Shown: one piece after another, positions 1 to 5,045 of the stretch | Layout of the letters: each line of letters starts with the position of its first letter | How positions within the stretch are numbered: the stretch's first letter is position 1 | Origin: a virus | Lineage: Duplodnaviria; Heunggongvirae; Uroviricota; Caudoviricetes | Virus record (IMG/VR): IMGVR_UViG_2690316184_000001 | Coordinates: 1 to 5,706 of that record | DNA length: 5,706 nucleotides | Strand: one strand, 5' to 3' | Program-made: the position numbers and the translations under genes | The notes under the pieces: generated by a model | Database searches by the model: none | Told to the model about the DNA's origin: nothing | What the model saw: the letters and a program-made list of their open reading frames with translations, nothing else

Positions 1-58
1 AGCGGGCTTGTAATGGGTTAAGTGATAACAGATGTCTGGAAATATAGGGGCAAATCCA
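1..58 (+). mobile_element. Right terminal end of an IS2-like (IS3-family) insertion sequence; the element body lies beyond the left edge of the window
   Basis: Positions 18-58 (TTAAGTGATAACAGATGTCTGGAAATATAGGGGCAAATCCA) match the IS2 right inverted repeat as I recall it. Lambda int homology on the - strand stops exactly at 59, directly abutting the repeat end. Only 58 bp are visible, so identity rests on the terminal repeat alone. Confidence 0.65.
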
Positions 59-208
59 CTGTATAGCTTCAGTGATTGCGATTCGCCTGTCTCGGCCTAA
101 TCCAAACTCTTTACCCGTCCTTGGGTCCCTGTAGCAGTAATATCCATTGTTTCTTATATAAAGGTTAGGGGGTAAATCCCGGCGCTCATGACTTCGCCTT
201 CTTCCCAT
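59..208 (-). pseudogene. int: Integrase Int, 5' fragment only (codons 1-50), truncated by the IS insertion
   Basis: The - strand translation from ATG at 208..206 reads MGRRRSHERRDLPPNLYIRNNGYYCYRDPRTGKEFGLGRDRRIAITEAIQ, the lambda Int N-terminus as I recall it. The start lies 23 bp inside the 3' end of xis, as in lambda. After codon 50 the sequence becomes the IS2-like terminal repeat. Confidence 0.85.
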
Positions 209-404
209 TTCTGATCCTCTTCAAAAGGCTACCTGTTACTGGTCGATTTAAGTCAACCTTTACCGCTGATTCGTGGAACAGATACTCTCTTCCATCCTTA
301 ACCGGAGGAGGGAATATCCTGCACTCGCGTACCCATCGACGAACTGTTTCAAGGCTTCTTGGGCGTCGCTGGCGTGCGTTCCACTCCTGAAGTGTCAAGT
401 ACAT
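186..404 (-). CDS. xis: Excisionase Xis (72 aa)
   Basis: Six-frame ORF 186..404 (-) translates to MYLTLQEWNARQRRPRSLETVRRWVRECRIFPPPVKDGREYLFHESAVKVDLNRPVTG..LLKRIRNGKKAKS, essentially lambda Xis from memory. The classic 23-bp xis/int overlap is present. Confidence 0.95.
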   Translation of the reverse strand: MYLTLQEWNARQRRPRSLETVRRWVRECRIFPPPVKDGREYLFHESAVKVDLNRPVTGSLLKRIRNGKKAKS

Positions 405-431
405 CGCAAAGTCTCCGCAATTACACGCAAG
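390..431 (-). promoter_or_regulatory. pI promoter region with CII activator site (TTGC-N6-TTGC) overlapping the xis start codon
   Basis: The - strand reads TTGCGTGTAATTGCGGAGACTTTGCGATGTACTTGACAC. Direct repeats TTGC (430..427) and TTGC (420..417) are separated by 6 nt, the CII recognition architecture. The xis ATG (404..402) falls in the -10 region, consistent with the known pI transcript that makes Int but not Xis. Confidence 0.65.
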
Positions 432-452
432 AAAAAACCGCCATCAGGCGGC
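432..452 (-). terminator. Intrinsic-terminator-like hairpin on the - strand, immediately upstream of the pI CII site
   Basis: The - strand transcript reads G-CCGCC-UGAU-GGCGG-UUUUUU: a 5-bp all-GC stem, 4-nt loop and U6 tract. The short stem limits confidence. Confidence 0.4.
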
Positions 453-699
453 TTGGTGTTCTTTCAGTTCTTCAATTCGAATATTGGTTACGTCTGCATG
501 TGCTATCTGCGCCCACAGCATCCAGTGGTCATAGCAGTCGCTGATGTTCTCGGCTTCGATAACTCTGTTGAATGGTTCTCCATTCCATTCACCTGTAACT
601 CGGAAGTGCATTTATCATCGCCATAAAACAAAACTCGCCGTAGCGAGTTCAGATAAAAGAAATCCCCGCGAGTGCGAGGATAGTTACTTGTTCATATTA

Positions 700-981
700 T
701 TAATCGTCAATGTATTTTGAGCATTGTGGGCAATCATCGATCCCACAATACGATTCATATGCATCCTTTATTGCGTCGCGGGCTTCAGTAAGAGTATTGA
801 ATAAGTTGCAGCTATTATCTTTTTGATATAGGTAAGTTCCTAATTTATAAGCAGAAGAAGCATCATTTCCGCTGTCTAAAATTACATCGTTATGGATTCT
901 GCACCTTGCAAGAACTCCTGATCCCATAAGGGTCTGCATAGCCCATTGCTCTTGATCTTCACACAAATCATGAATGCTCAT
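700..981 (-). CDS. ea8.5: Ea8.5-like small Cys-rich protein (93 aa from ATG at 981)
   Basis: ORF 700..999 (-); the preferred start is ATG 981..979, preceded by GAGAGGTGTTGAA (SD-like GAGG). The 93-aa length and the 295-bp spacing to xis both match lambda ea8.5 as I recall the reference coordinates. The C-terminus is Cys-rich (CGIDDCPQC), consistent with a small zinc-binding protein. Confidence 0.7.
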   Translation of the reverse strand: MSIHDLCEDQEQWAMQTLMGSGVLARCRIHNDVILDSGNDASSAYKLGTYLYQKDNSCNLFNTLTEARDAIKDAYESYCGIDDCPQCSKYIDD

Positions 982-1080
982 TTCAACACCTCTCTTCACG
1001 TTTCACACACGTTAAGATTAACAGTGTTTTTACATGCTTTGGGAGATTTATTTTATAAAAACTCTTTTAATACAAATAGA

Positions 1081-1100
1081 TATAATAGTTCACTATTATA
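1081..1100. repeat. Perfect inverted repeat TATAATAG-N4-CTATTATA overlapping the stop codon of the DUF550/DUF551 gene, inside an AT-rich intergenic spacer (982..1095)
   Basis: Arms 1081-1088 and 1093-1100 are exact reverse complements. The stem would be all A/T, so it is a weak RNA hairpin; a protein-binding palindrome or a recombination-junction relic is equally possible. Confidence 0.5.
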
Positions 1101-1893
1101 GCTCCTTTAATCGAGGCGGTTCTGGTAGAGGCATCCAGTGGGTTACACCGCCAATTGGCTCATCGTCGTCGTACTCCAATGCGGCTATATAGAACCCGTC
1201 ACGACGAGAATAAGAAATCCCGGACATTACAATGCCATCCGAAACAACAATAATGTCACCCGTTTCTTTCGGCATTCGCTCACTACAGCTTATCCAACCA
1301 TCCGGAGTCACCGGAAGCGAGAACGGCAGCACATCTCTGTGAACAAGTTTTTGCTGTGACAGGTTATCCAGAACTTTCTGTACTGCTGCATCACCGAATA
1401 CACCAAGCGCATCTGCCATAACTCCTACAACCTGATAAGCCTCAGCGCATACCGTGGATAAACCATCCGGAATTACCGGAGAGTTGCCGGGTTCTTTAAT
1501 GTGCAAGCGAGGCTCACCATCTTTTGGTTCAGGCCACTGGCGCTCCATGTTGATCTTCAATTTATCTTCCATAGCAGCGGTAATTTCAGCATCGCTGATG
1601 CCAGCACGGCGCTGTGCATCCCACAACAGGAAATGCATATCAGCCCACTCGCTGAGATCGTCTGGTTCGGCTGCGGCTTCCAGAGCCTCTTTTGAGAGGT
1701 GTTTCAGTGGACCAATGGGGCCAACGCAGCCAAATGTGGAGTCAGACCATTTGGCATGCTCGTGGCGAATCAGTTCGCGTTCCAGTGATGCCAGTGCAAT
1801 TCGTGCCAGTTCCATTTGTTCGCCACGAGTAAGCCCGTTTTCAAGCGGATTTTTAATGAACAATTCAATACGTTCTTTGGTAATAGTGGTCAT
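1096..1893 (-). CDS. Two-domain phage protein: N-terminal MazG-like all-alpha NTP pyrophosphohydrolase (DUF550 type, dATP/dGTP pyrophosphohydrolase family) plus C-terminal DUF551-type domain (265 aa)
   Basis: ORF 1096..1893 (-), ATG 1893..1891 preceded by AAGGACTAACAA (SD AAGGA). The N-terminal half carries the MazG-type acidic motif EALEAAAE...EWADMHFLLWD. The C-terminus ends ...GGVTHWMPLPEPP, the signature I associate with DUF551. Assignment is from motif recall, not a search. Confidence 0.6.
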   Translation of the reverse strand: MTTITKERIELFIKNPLENGLTRGEQMELARIALASLERELIRHEHAKWSDSTFGCVGPIGPLKHLSKEALEAAAEPDDLSEWADMHFLLWDAQRRAGISDAEITAAMEDKLKINMERQWPEPKDGEPRLHIKEPGNSPVIPDGLSTVCAEAYQVVGVMADALGVFGDAAVQKVLDNLSQQKLVHRDVLPFSLPVTPDGWISCSERMPKETGDIIVVSDGIVMSGISYSRRDGFYIAALEYDDDEPIGGVTHWMPLPEPPRLKEL

Positions 1894-1903
1894 TTGTTAG
1901 TCC

Positions 1904-2659
1904 TTAAACTGCTAGTTGCAATTGCATTTCAAAGCGGTCGCGTTGTTCACAATACGCAAGAGAACCAGGGCTATTGTGTGCCTCAATCCGTTCTACCATT
2001 AATGCTGCGCGTGTCTCTTTACTTGCAGGTGCATAAGCCCCAGACCAGGCTTTATCAATACCGATGTTTCGAGCGACGTTCGTACTATCTGCGCTGGCTA
2101 AGGGTAATTTTGTGAATATCAGCGGATTTAACATGCGCAATCCATGTAGTTTCGTAACCGGCTGACCATGCCCATCAACAATGTGACGAATCAGGTCTTT
2201 CATTCTGGCTACCGCAAGAGTTGGGCGCTTTACGTCATAGTCGCCACAACTACCGATAGCCACTCGCGGAAACTCATTGCACAAATGAATAAATCGCGCG
2301 TCACTTTCATTCATGTGCCACACTGGAACGCCAGCTAGTTTTCCGTGAGGCCACTCATTCAGAAGCGCATCATTTTCCTCCTCTCCGCCATCAATAATAT
2401 CCGGGATAATGGCAAAATCGAATCCTGGGTGATTCTTCCAGCGAGCAACAAACTCGTAGTAATCGCTCCAGTCGATTTTGTTTTTGCCAGCTGCTTTCCA
2501 GGCGGTGAATGCACCGTTGTCCAGCGCGAACGACTGACAGTATTCAGCCGCGAGATTGATCTGGCCTGAATGCGCAAAACTGATAAACGCATGTCGCCCT
2601 TTCCATGCTCTCATTGCGCACGTATCAGGAGTAATAGGCCCACCGTGGTAGTGAATCAT
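1904..2659 (-). CDS. tRNA-guanine-transglycosylase-fold protein lacking the Zn subdomain; candidate DpdA-like DNA 7-deazaguanine transglycosylase (251 aa)
   Basis: ORF 1904..2701 (-); the preferred start is ATG 2659..2657, preceded by AAAGGAGAGTGAG (SD AGGAGA), one nt after the upstream gene's stop. Three motifs resemble the TGT catalytic core: ALDNGAF (cf. TGT LTDSGGFQ), GFDFAIIPDII (cf. GSDIVMIFDEC) and ADSTNVARNIG (cf. FDCVMPTRNARNG, nucleophile Asp). There is no C-terminal CxCxxC...H zinc motif. Function is inferred from these motifs only. Confidence 0.5.
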   Translation of the reverse strand: MIHYHGGPITPDTCAMRAWKGRHAFISFAHSGQINLAAEYCQSFALDNGAFTAWKAAGKNKIDWSDYYEFVARWKNHPGFDFAIIPDIIDGGEEENDALLNEWPHGKLAGVPVWHMNESDARFIHLCNEFPRVAIGSCGDYDVKRPTLAVARMKDLIRHIVDGHGQPVTKLHGLRMLNPLIFTKLPLASADSTNVARNIGIDKAWSGAYAPASKETRAALMVERIEAHNSPGSLAYCEQRDRFEMQLQLAV

Positions 2660-2660
2660 C

Positions 2661-3068
2661 TCACTCTCCTTTGATGCGAATGCCAGTAGCGCGGATTGCA
2701 TCGATGACTTCAGAAACTTTGTATGCCATTACCGTTTGGTAATCATCGTGAAAATCTGTTCGATGAAGCATGCTGCTACGTTCCGGGAGCAGTATTTCCC
2801 GCGCTTCCAGTTCTGCAATGCGCTTTTTTGCTGCTTCCAGTTCATCCAGTAATTCCAGCACGGTAGCCGGATTAGCCTTGGCAACAAAATCCCGGACTGG
2901 CTTACAATCAATCTCCGCAATGGGTTGATTCGATGTGTAGCCATGCTGTCTTGTATAACTACCGTGACGAATAACGAAAAAATCACCATTTATTTTTTTA
3001 GCCTGCCACTTATCTTCACCGGCTTTCTCTGCCGCTTCACGCAGTGCCTGAGAGTTAATTTCGCTCAC
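2661..3068 (-). CDS. Ea22-like family protein (135 aa), shorter than the 182-aa lambda Ea22
   Basis: ORF 2661..3068 (-). The ATG (3068..3066) overlaps the orf73 stop (ATGA coupling). The N-terminus MSEINSQALREAAEKA and a coiled-coil-like stretch LELLDELEAAKKRIAELEAR resemble prophage proteins annotated ead/Ea22-like. The gene occupies the position of ea22 in the lambda gene order. Confidence 0.55.
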   Translation of the reverse strand: MSEINSQALREAAEKAGEDKWQAKKINGDFFVIRHGSYTRQHGYTSNQPIAEIDCKPVRDFVAKANPATVLELLDELEAAKKRIAELEAREILLPERSSMLHRTDFHDDYQTVMAYKVSEVIDAIRATGIRIKGE

Positions 3069-3286
3069 TTCGAACCTCTCTGTTTACTGATAAGCTCCAG
3101 ATCCTCCTGGCAACTTGCACAAGTCCGACAACCCTGAACGACCAGGCGTCTTCGTTCATCTATCGGATCGCCACACTCACAACAATGAGTGGCAGATACA
3201 GTCTGGTAGTTCAGACGACGCATTTTTATTGCTGTGTTGCGCTGTAATTCTTCAATTTCTGATGCTGAATCAATGATGTCTGCCAT
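3065..3286 (-). CDS. orf73: TraR/DksA-family C4 zinc-finger protein (73 aa), lambda Orf73-like
   Basis: ORF 3065..3286 (-), MADIIDSASEIEELQRNTAIKMRRLNYQTVSATHCCECGDPIDERRRLVVQGCRTCASCQEDLELISKQRGSK. It has two Cys pairs (C-C-E-C ... C-R-T-C) about 17 residues apart, and the 73-aa size and position match lambda orf73, a known TraR homolog. Confidence 0.75.
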   Translation of the reverse strand: MADIIDSASEIEELQRNTAIKMRRLNYQTVSATHCCECGDPIDERRRLVVQGCRTCASCQEDLELISKQRGSK

Positions 3287-3341
3287 CTTCCATTAATCCC
3301 TGAATTGTTGGTTAATACGCTTGAGGGTGAATGCGAATAAT

Positions 3342-3363
3342 AAAAAAGGAGCCTGTAGCTCCC
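3342..3363 (-). terminator. Intrinsic-terminator-like hairpin between the orf61-region ORF and orf73
   Basis: The - strand transcript reads G-GGAGC-UACAG-GCUCC-UUUUUU-AUUAUU: a 5-6 bp GC-rich stem, 5-nt loop and U6 tract. Confidence 0.5.
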
Positions 3364-3384
3364 TGATGATTTTGCTTTTCATGT

Positions 3385-3666
3385 TCATCGTTCCTTAAAG
3401 ACGCCGTTTAACATGCCGATTGCCAGGCTTAAATGAGTCGGTGTGAATCCCATCAGCGTTACCGTTTCGCGGTGCTTCTTCAGTACGCTACGGCAAATGT
3501 CATCGACGTTTTTATCCGGAAACTGCTGTCTGGCTTTTTTGATTTCAGAATTAGCCTGACGGGCAATGCTGCGAAGGGCGTTTTCCTGCTGAGGTGTCAT
3601 TGAACAAGTCCCATGTCGGCAAGCATAAGCACACAGAATATGAAGCCCGCTGCCAGAAAAATGCAT
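3385..3666 (-). CDS. Small pL-operon protein in the lambda orf61 position; start codon uncertain (ATG 3666 gives 93 aa, ATG 3600 gives 71 aa starting MTPQQENALR...)
   Basis: ORF 3385..3666 (-). The internal ATG at 3600..3598 overlaps the stop of a 27-codon hydrophobic ORF (ATGA), suggesting the shorter form may be the translated one. The frame that lambda annotates as orf61 (by my coordinate recall) hits TGA at 3669..3667 here, so the gene structure may differ from the reference. Confidence 0.55.
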   Translation of the reverse strand: MHFSGSGLHILCAYACRHGTCSMTPQQENALRSIARQANSEIKKARQQFPDKNVDDICRSVLKKHRETVTLMGFTPTHLSLAIGMLNGVFKER

Positions 3667-3676
3667 TCAGTGGTTG

Positions 3677-3868
3677 TCATACCTGGTCTCTCTCATCTGC
3701 TTCTGCTTTCGCCACCATCATTTCCAGCTTTTGTGAAAGGGATGCGGCTAACGTGTGAAATTCTTCGTCTGTTTCTACTGGTATTGGCACAAACCTGACT
3801 CCAATTTGAGCGAGGCTATGTGCCATCTCGATACTCGTTCTTAACTCAACGGGAGATGCTTTGTGCAT
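3677..3868 (-). CDS. orf63: Lambda orf63-like small protein (63 aa)
   Basis: ATG 3868..3866, translation [63 protein letters not shown]. It is 192 bp, the same length as lambda orf63, with a 28-bp overlap with orf60a as in lambda. The frame is open further upstream to ATG 3883, so the start is not certain. Confidence 0.7.
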   Translation of the reverse strand: MHKASPVELRTSIEMAHSLAQIGVRFVPIPVETDEEFHTLAASLSQKLEMMVAKAEADERDQV

Positions 3869-4026
3869 ACAGCCCCCCCCCATTTATTATTTATCTCCTC
3901 AGCCAGCCGCTGTGCTTTCAGGGGATTTCGGATTACAGAAAGGCCGGGAAATACCCAGCCTCGCTTTGTAACGGAGTAGACGAAAGTGATTGCGCCTACC
4001 CGGATATTATCGTGAGGATGCGTCAT
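3841..4026 (-). CDS. orf60a: Lambda orf60a-like small protein (61 aa here; 60 aa in reference lambda by my recollection)
   Basis: ORF 3841..4032 (-); the preferred ATG is 4026..4024, which overlaps the exo stop (ATGA) as in lambda. Translation is [61 protein letters not shown]. Confidence 0.7.
   Translation of the reverse strand: MTHPHDNIRVGAITFVYSVTKRGWVFPGLSVIRNPLKAQRLAEEINNKWGGAVCTKHLPLS
3873..3881. repeat. Homopolymer tract C9 (G9 on the coding strand) inside orf60a, just upstream of the orf63 start
   Basis: Nine consecutive C at 3873-3881, read directly. The tract encodes the W-G-G of orf60a and doubles as a G-rich SD for orf63. Confidence 0.9.
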
Positions 4027-4703
4027 CGCCATTGCTCCCCAAATACAAAACCAATTTCAGCCAGTGCCTCGTCCATTTTTTCGATGAACTCCGGCACCAT
4101 CTCGTCAAAACTCGCCATGTACTTTTCATTCCGCTCAATCACGACATAATGCAGGCCTTCACGCTTCATGCGCGGGTCATAGTTGGCAAAGTACCAGGCA
4201 TCTTTTCGCGTCACCCACATGCTGTACTGCACCTGGGCCATGTAAGCCGATTTTATTGCCTCGAAACCACCGAGCCGGAATTTCATGAAATCCCGGGAGG
4301 TAAACGGGCATTTCAGTTCAAGGCCGTTGCCGTCACTGCATAAACCATCGGGAGAGCAGGCGGTGCGCATATTTTCGTCGCGATAGATGATCGGGGATTC
4401 AGTAATATTCACGCCGGAAGTGAATTCAAACAGGGTTCTGGCGTCGTTCTCGTACTGTTTTCCCCAGGCCAGCGCCTTAGCATTAACTTCCGGAGCCACA
4501 CCGGTGCAAACCTCAGCCAGCAGGGTGTGGAAGTAGGACATTTTCATGTCAGGCCACTTCTTTCCTGAGCGGGGCTTTGCTATCACGTTGTGAACTTCTG
4601 AAGCGGTGATGACGCCGAGCCGTAATTTGTGCCATGCATCATCCCCCTGTTCGACAGCTCTCACGTCGATCCCGGTACGCTGCAGGATAATGTCCGGTGT
4701 CAT
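4023..4703 (-). CDS. exo: Lambda exonuclease (Red alpha, Exo), 226 aa, apparently intact
   Basis: ORF 4023..4703 (-), [65 protein letters not shown]...GFVFGEQWR. This is full-length lambda Exo from memory. The ATG overlaps the bet stop (GCATGA). Confidence 0.97.
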   Translation of the reverse strand: MTPDIILQRTGIDVRAVEQGDDAWHKLRLGVITASEVHNVIAKPRSGKKWPDMKMSYFHTLLAEVCTGVAPEVNAKALAWGKQYENDARTLFEFTSGVNITESPIIYRDENMRTACSPDGLCSDGNGLELKCPFTSRDFMKFRLGGFEAIKSAYMAQVQYSMWVTRKDAWYFANYDPRMKREGLHYVVIERNEKYMASFDEMVPEFIEKMDEALAEIGFVFGEQWR

Positions 4704-4899
4704 GCTGCCACCTTCTGCTCAGTGGCTTTCTGTTTAAGGAATCCAAGAGCTTTCACTGCTTCGGCCTGTGTCAGTTCTGACGATGCGCGAATGTCGCGGC
4801 GAAATATCTGGGAACAGAGCGGCAATAAGTCGTCATCCCATGTTTTATCCAGGGCGATCAGCAGAGTGTTAATCTCCTGCATGGTTTCATCGTTAAGGG
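4700..4899 (-). pseudogene. bet: bet (Red beta) 3' remnant: only the last ~66 codons remain, and no in-frame ATG precedes the internal Met at 4882
   Basis: The - strand frame reads ...[67 protein letters not shown], the Beta C-terminus. Upstream of about 4899 the sequence switches to the gam 5' end, and an in-frame stop lies at 4927..4925. Confidence 0.85.
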
Positions 4900-5045
4900 G
4901 GGTAGTGAATGCTTTTGCTTGATCTCAGTTTCAGTATTAATATCCATTTTTTATAAGCGTCGACGGCCTCACGAAACATCTTTTCATCGCCAATAAAAGT
5001 GGCGATAGTGAATTTAGTCTGGATAGCCATAAGTGTTTGATCCAT
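4893..5045 (-). CDS. kil: Kil (host cell-division inhibitor), 50 aa here with the C-terminus altered by the deletion junction (47 aa in lambda by recollection)
   Basis: ATG 5045..5043 preceded by CAGGAGTCCCAAAAA (SD AGGAG). Translation is MDQTLMAIQTKFTIATFIGDEKMFREAVDAYKKWILILKLRSSKSIHYPP*. There is a 32-bp overlap with the cIII 3' end, as in lambda. The 92-aa six-frame ORF 4893..5171 is this frame extended upstream through cIII in another frame. Confidence 0.8.
   Translation of the reverse strand: MDQTLMAIQTKFTIATFIGDEKMFREAVDAYKKWILILKLRSSKSIHYPP
4903..4947 (-). pseudogene. gam: gam 5' remnant: first 15 codons (MDINTETEIKQKHSL), then out-of-frame fusion to bet 3' sequence (29-codon ORF in total)
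   Basis: ATG 4947..4945; the - strand reads ATG GAT ATT AAT ACT GAA ACT GAG ATC AAG CAA AAG CAT TCA CTA, then CCCCCC TTAACGATGAAACC, which is bet-derived. The gam frame terminates at TGA after 29 codons. Confidence 0.85.

Noticed and set aside
273-626. 117-aa and 61-aa + strand ORFs (273..626, 359..544) antisense to xis and the xis-ea8.5 spacer
   Set aside because: They overlap the confidently identified xis on the opposite strand and the pI/terminator region, and have no ribosome-binding site or recognisable motif. They are likely chance open frames.
700-999. 99-aa version of ea8.5 starting at ATG 999
   Set aside because: ATG 981 has the better RBS (GAGG, 7-nt spacing) and gives the 93-aa length matching lambda ea8.5. 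The upstream ATG adds MKRGVE without start context.
1138-2569. + strand ORFs 1138..1359, 1454..1900, 1501..1695, 1816..2115 and 2345..2569, plus - strand alternative frame 2359..2592
   Set aside because: All lie inside, and antisense or out of frame to, the DUF550/DUF551 and DpdA-like genes, which have RBSs, tight coupling and recognisable motifs. The translations are low-complexity, Ser/Arg-rich, and look spurious.
1904-2701. Longer 265-aa version of the DpdA-like ORF starting at ATG 2701
   Set aside because: That start would overlap the Ea22-like gene by 41 bp and lacks an RBS. ATG 2659 has a strong AGGAGA Shine-Dalgarno and sits 1 nt after the upstream stop.
2729-3137. ORFs 2729..2989 (-) and 2925..3137 (+) within the Ea22-like/orf73 region
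   Set aside because: These are alternative-frame or antisense overlaps of better-supported genes, with hydrophobic low-complexity translations and no start context.
3287-3341. Possible weak promoter (TTATTC-N17-TATTAA on the - strand) between the 3342..3363 terminator and orf73
   Set aside because: Both hexamers are poor matches to the sigma-70 consensus, so the evidence is too weak to call. orf73 is more simply expressed by antiterminated pL read-through.
3613-4343. + strand ORFs 3613..3798, 3820..4149, 3990..4343 and - strand extension 3677..3883 of orf63
   Set aside because: The + strand ORFs are antisense to orf63, orf60a and exo. The orf63 extension (MGGGCMHK...) starts inside the G9 tract with a poorer RBS spacing than ATG 3868, which gives the expected 63-aa product; it is kept only as an alternative.
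4629-4922. 97-aa + strand ORF antisense to the exo/bet junction
   Set aside because: It is antisense to exo and the bet remnant and has no supporting features.
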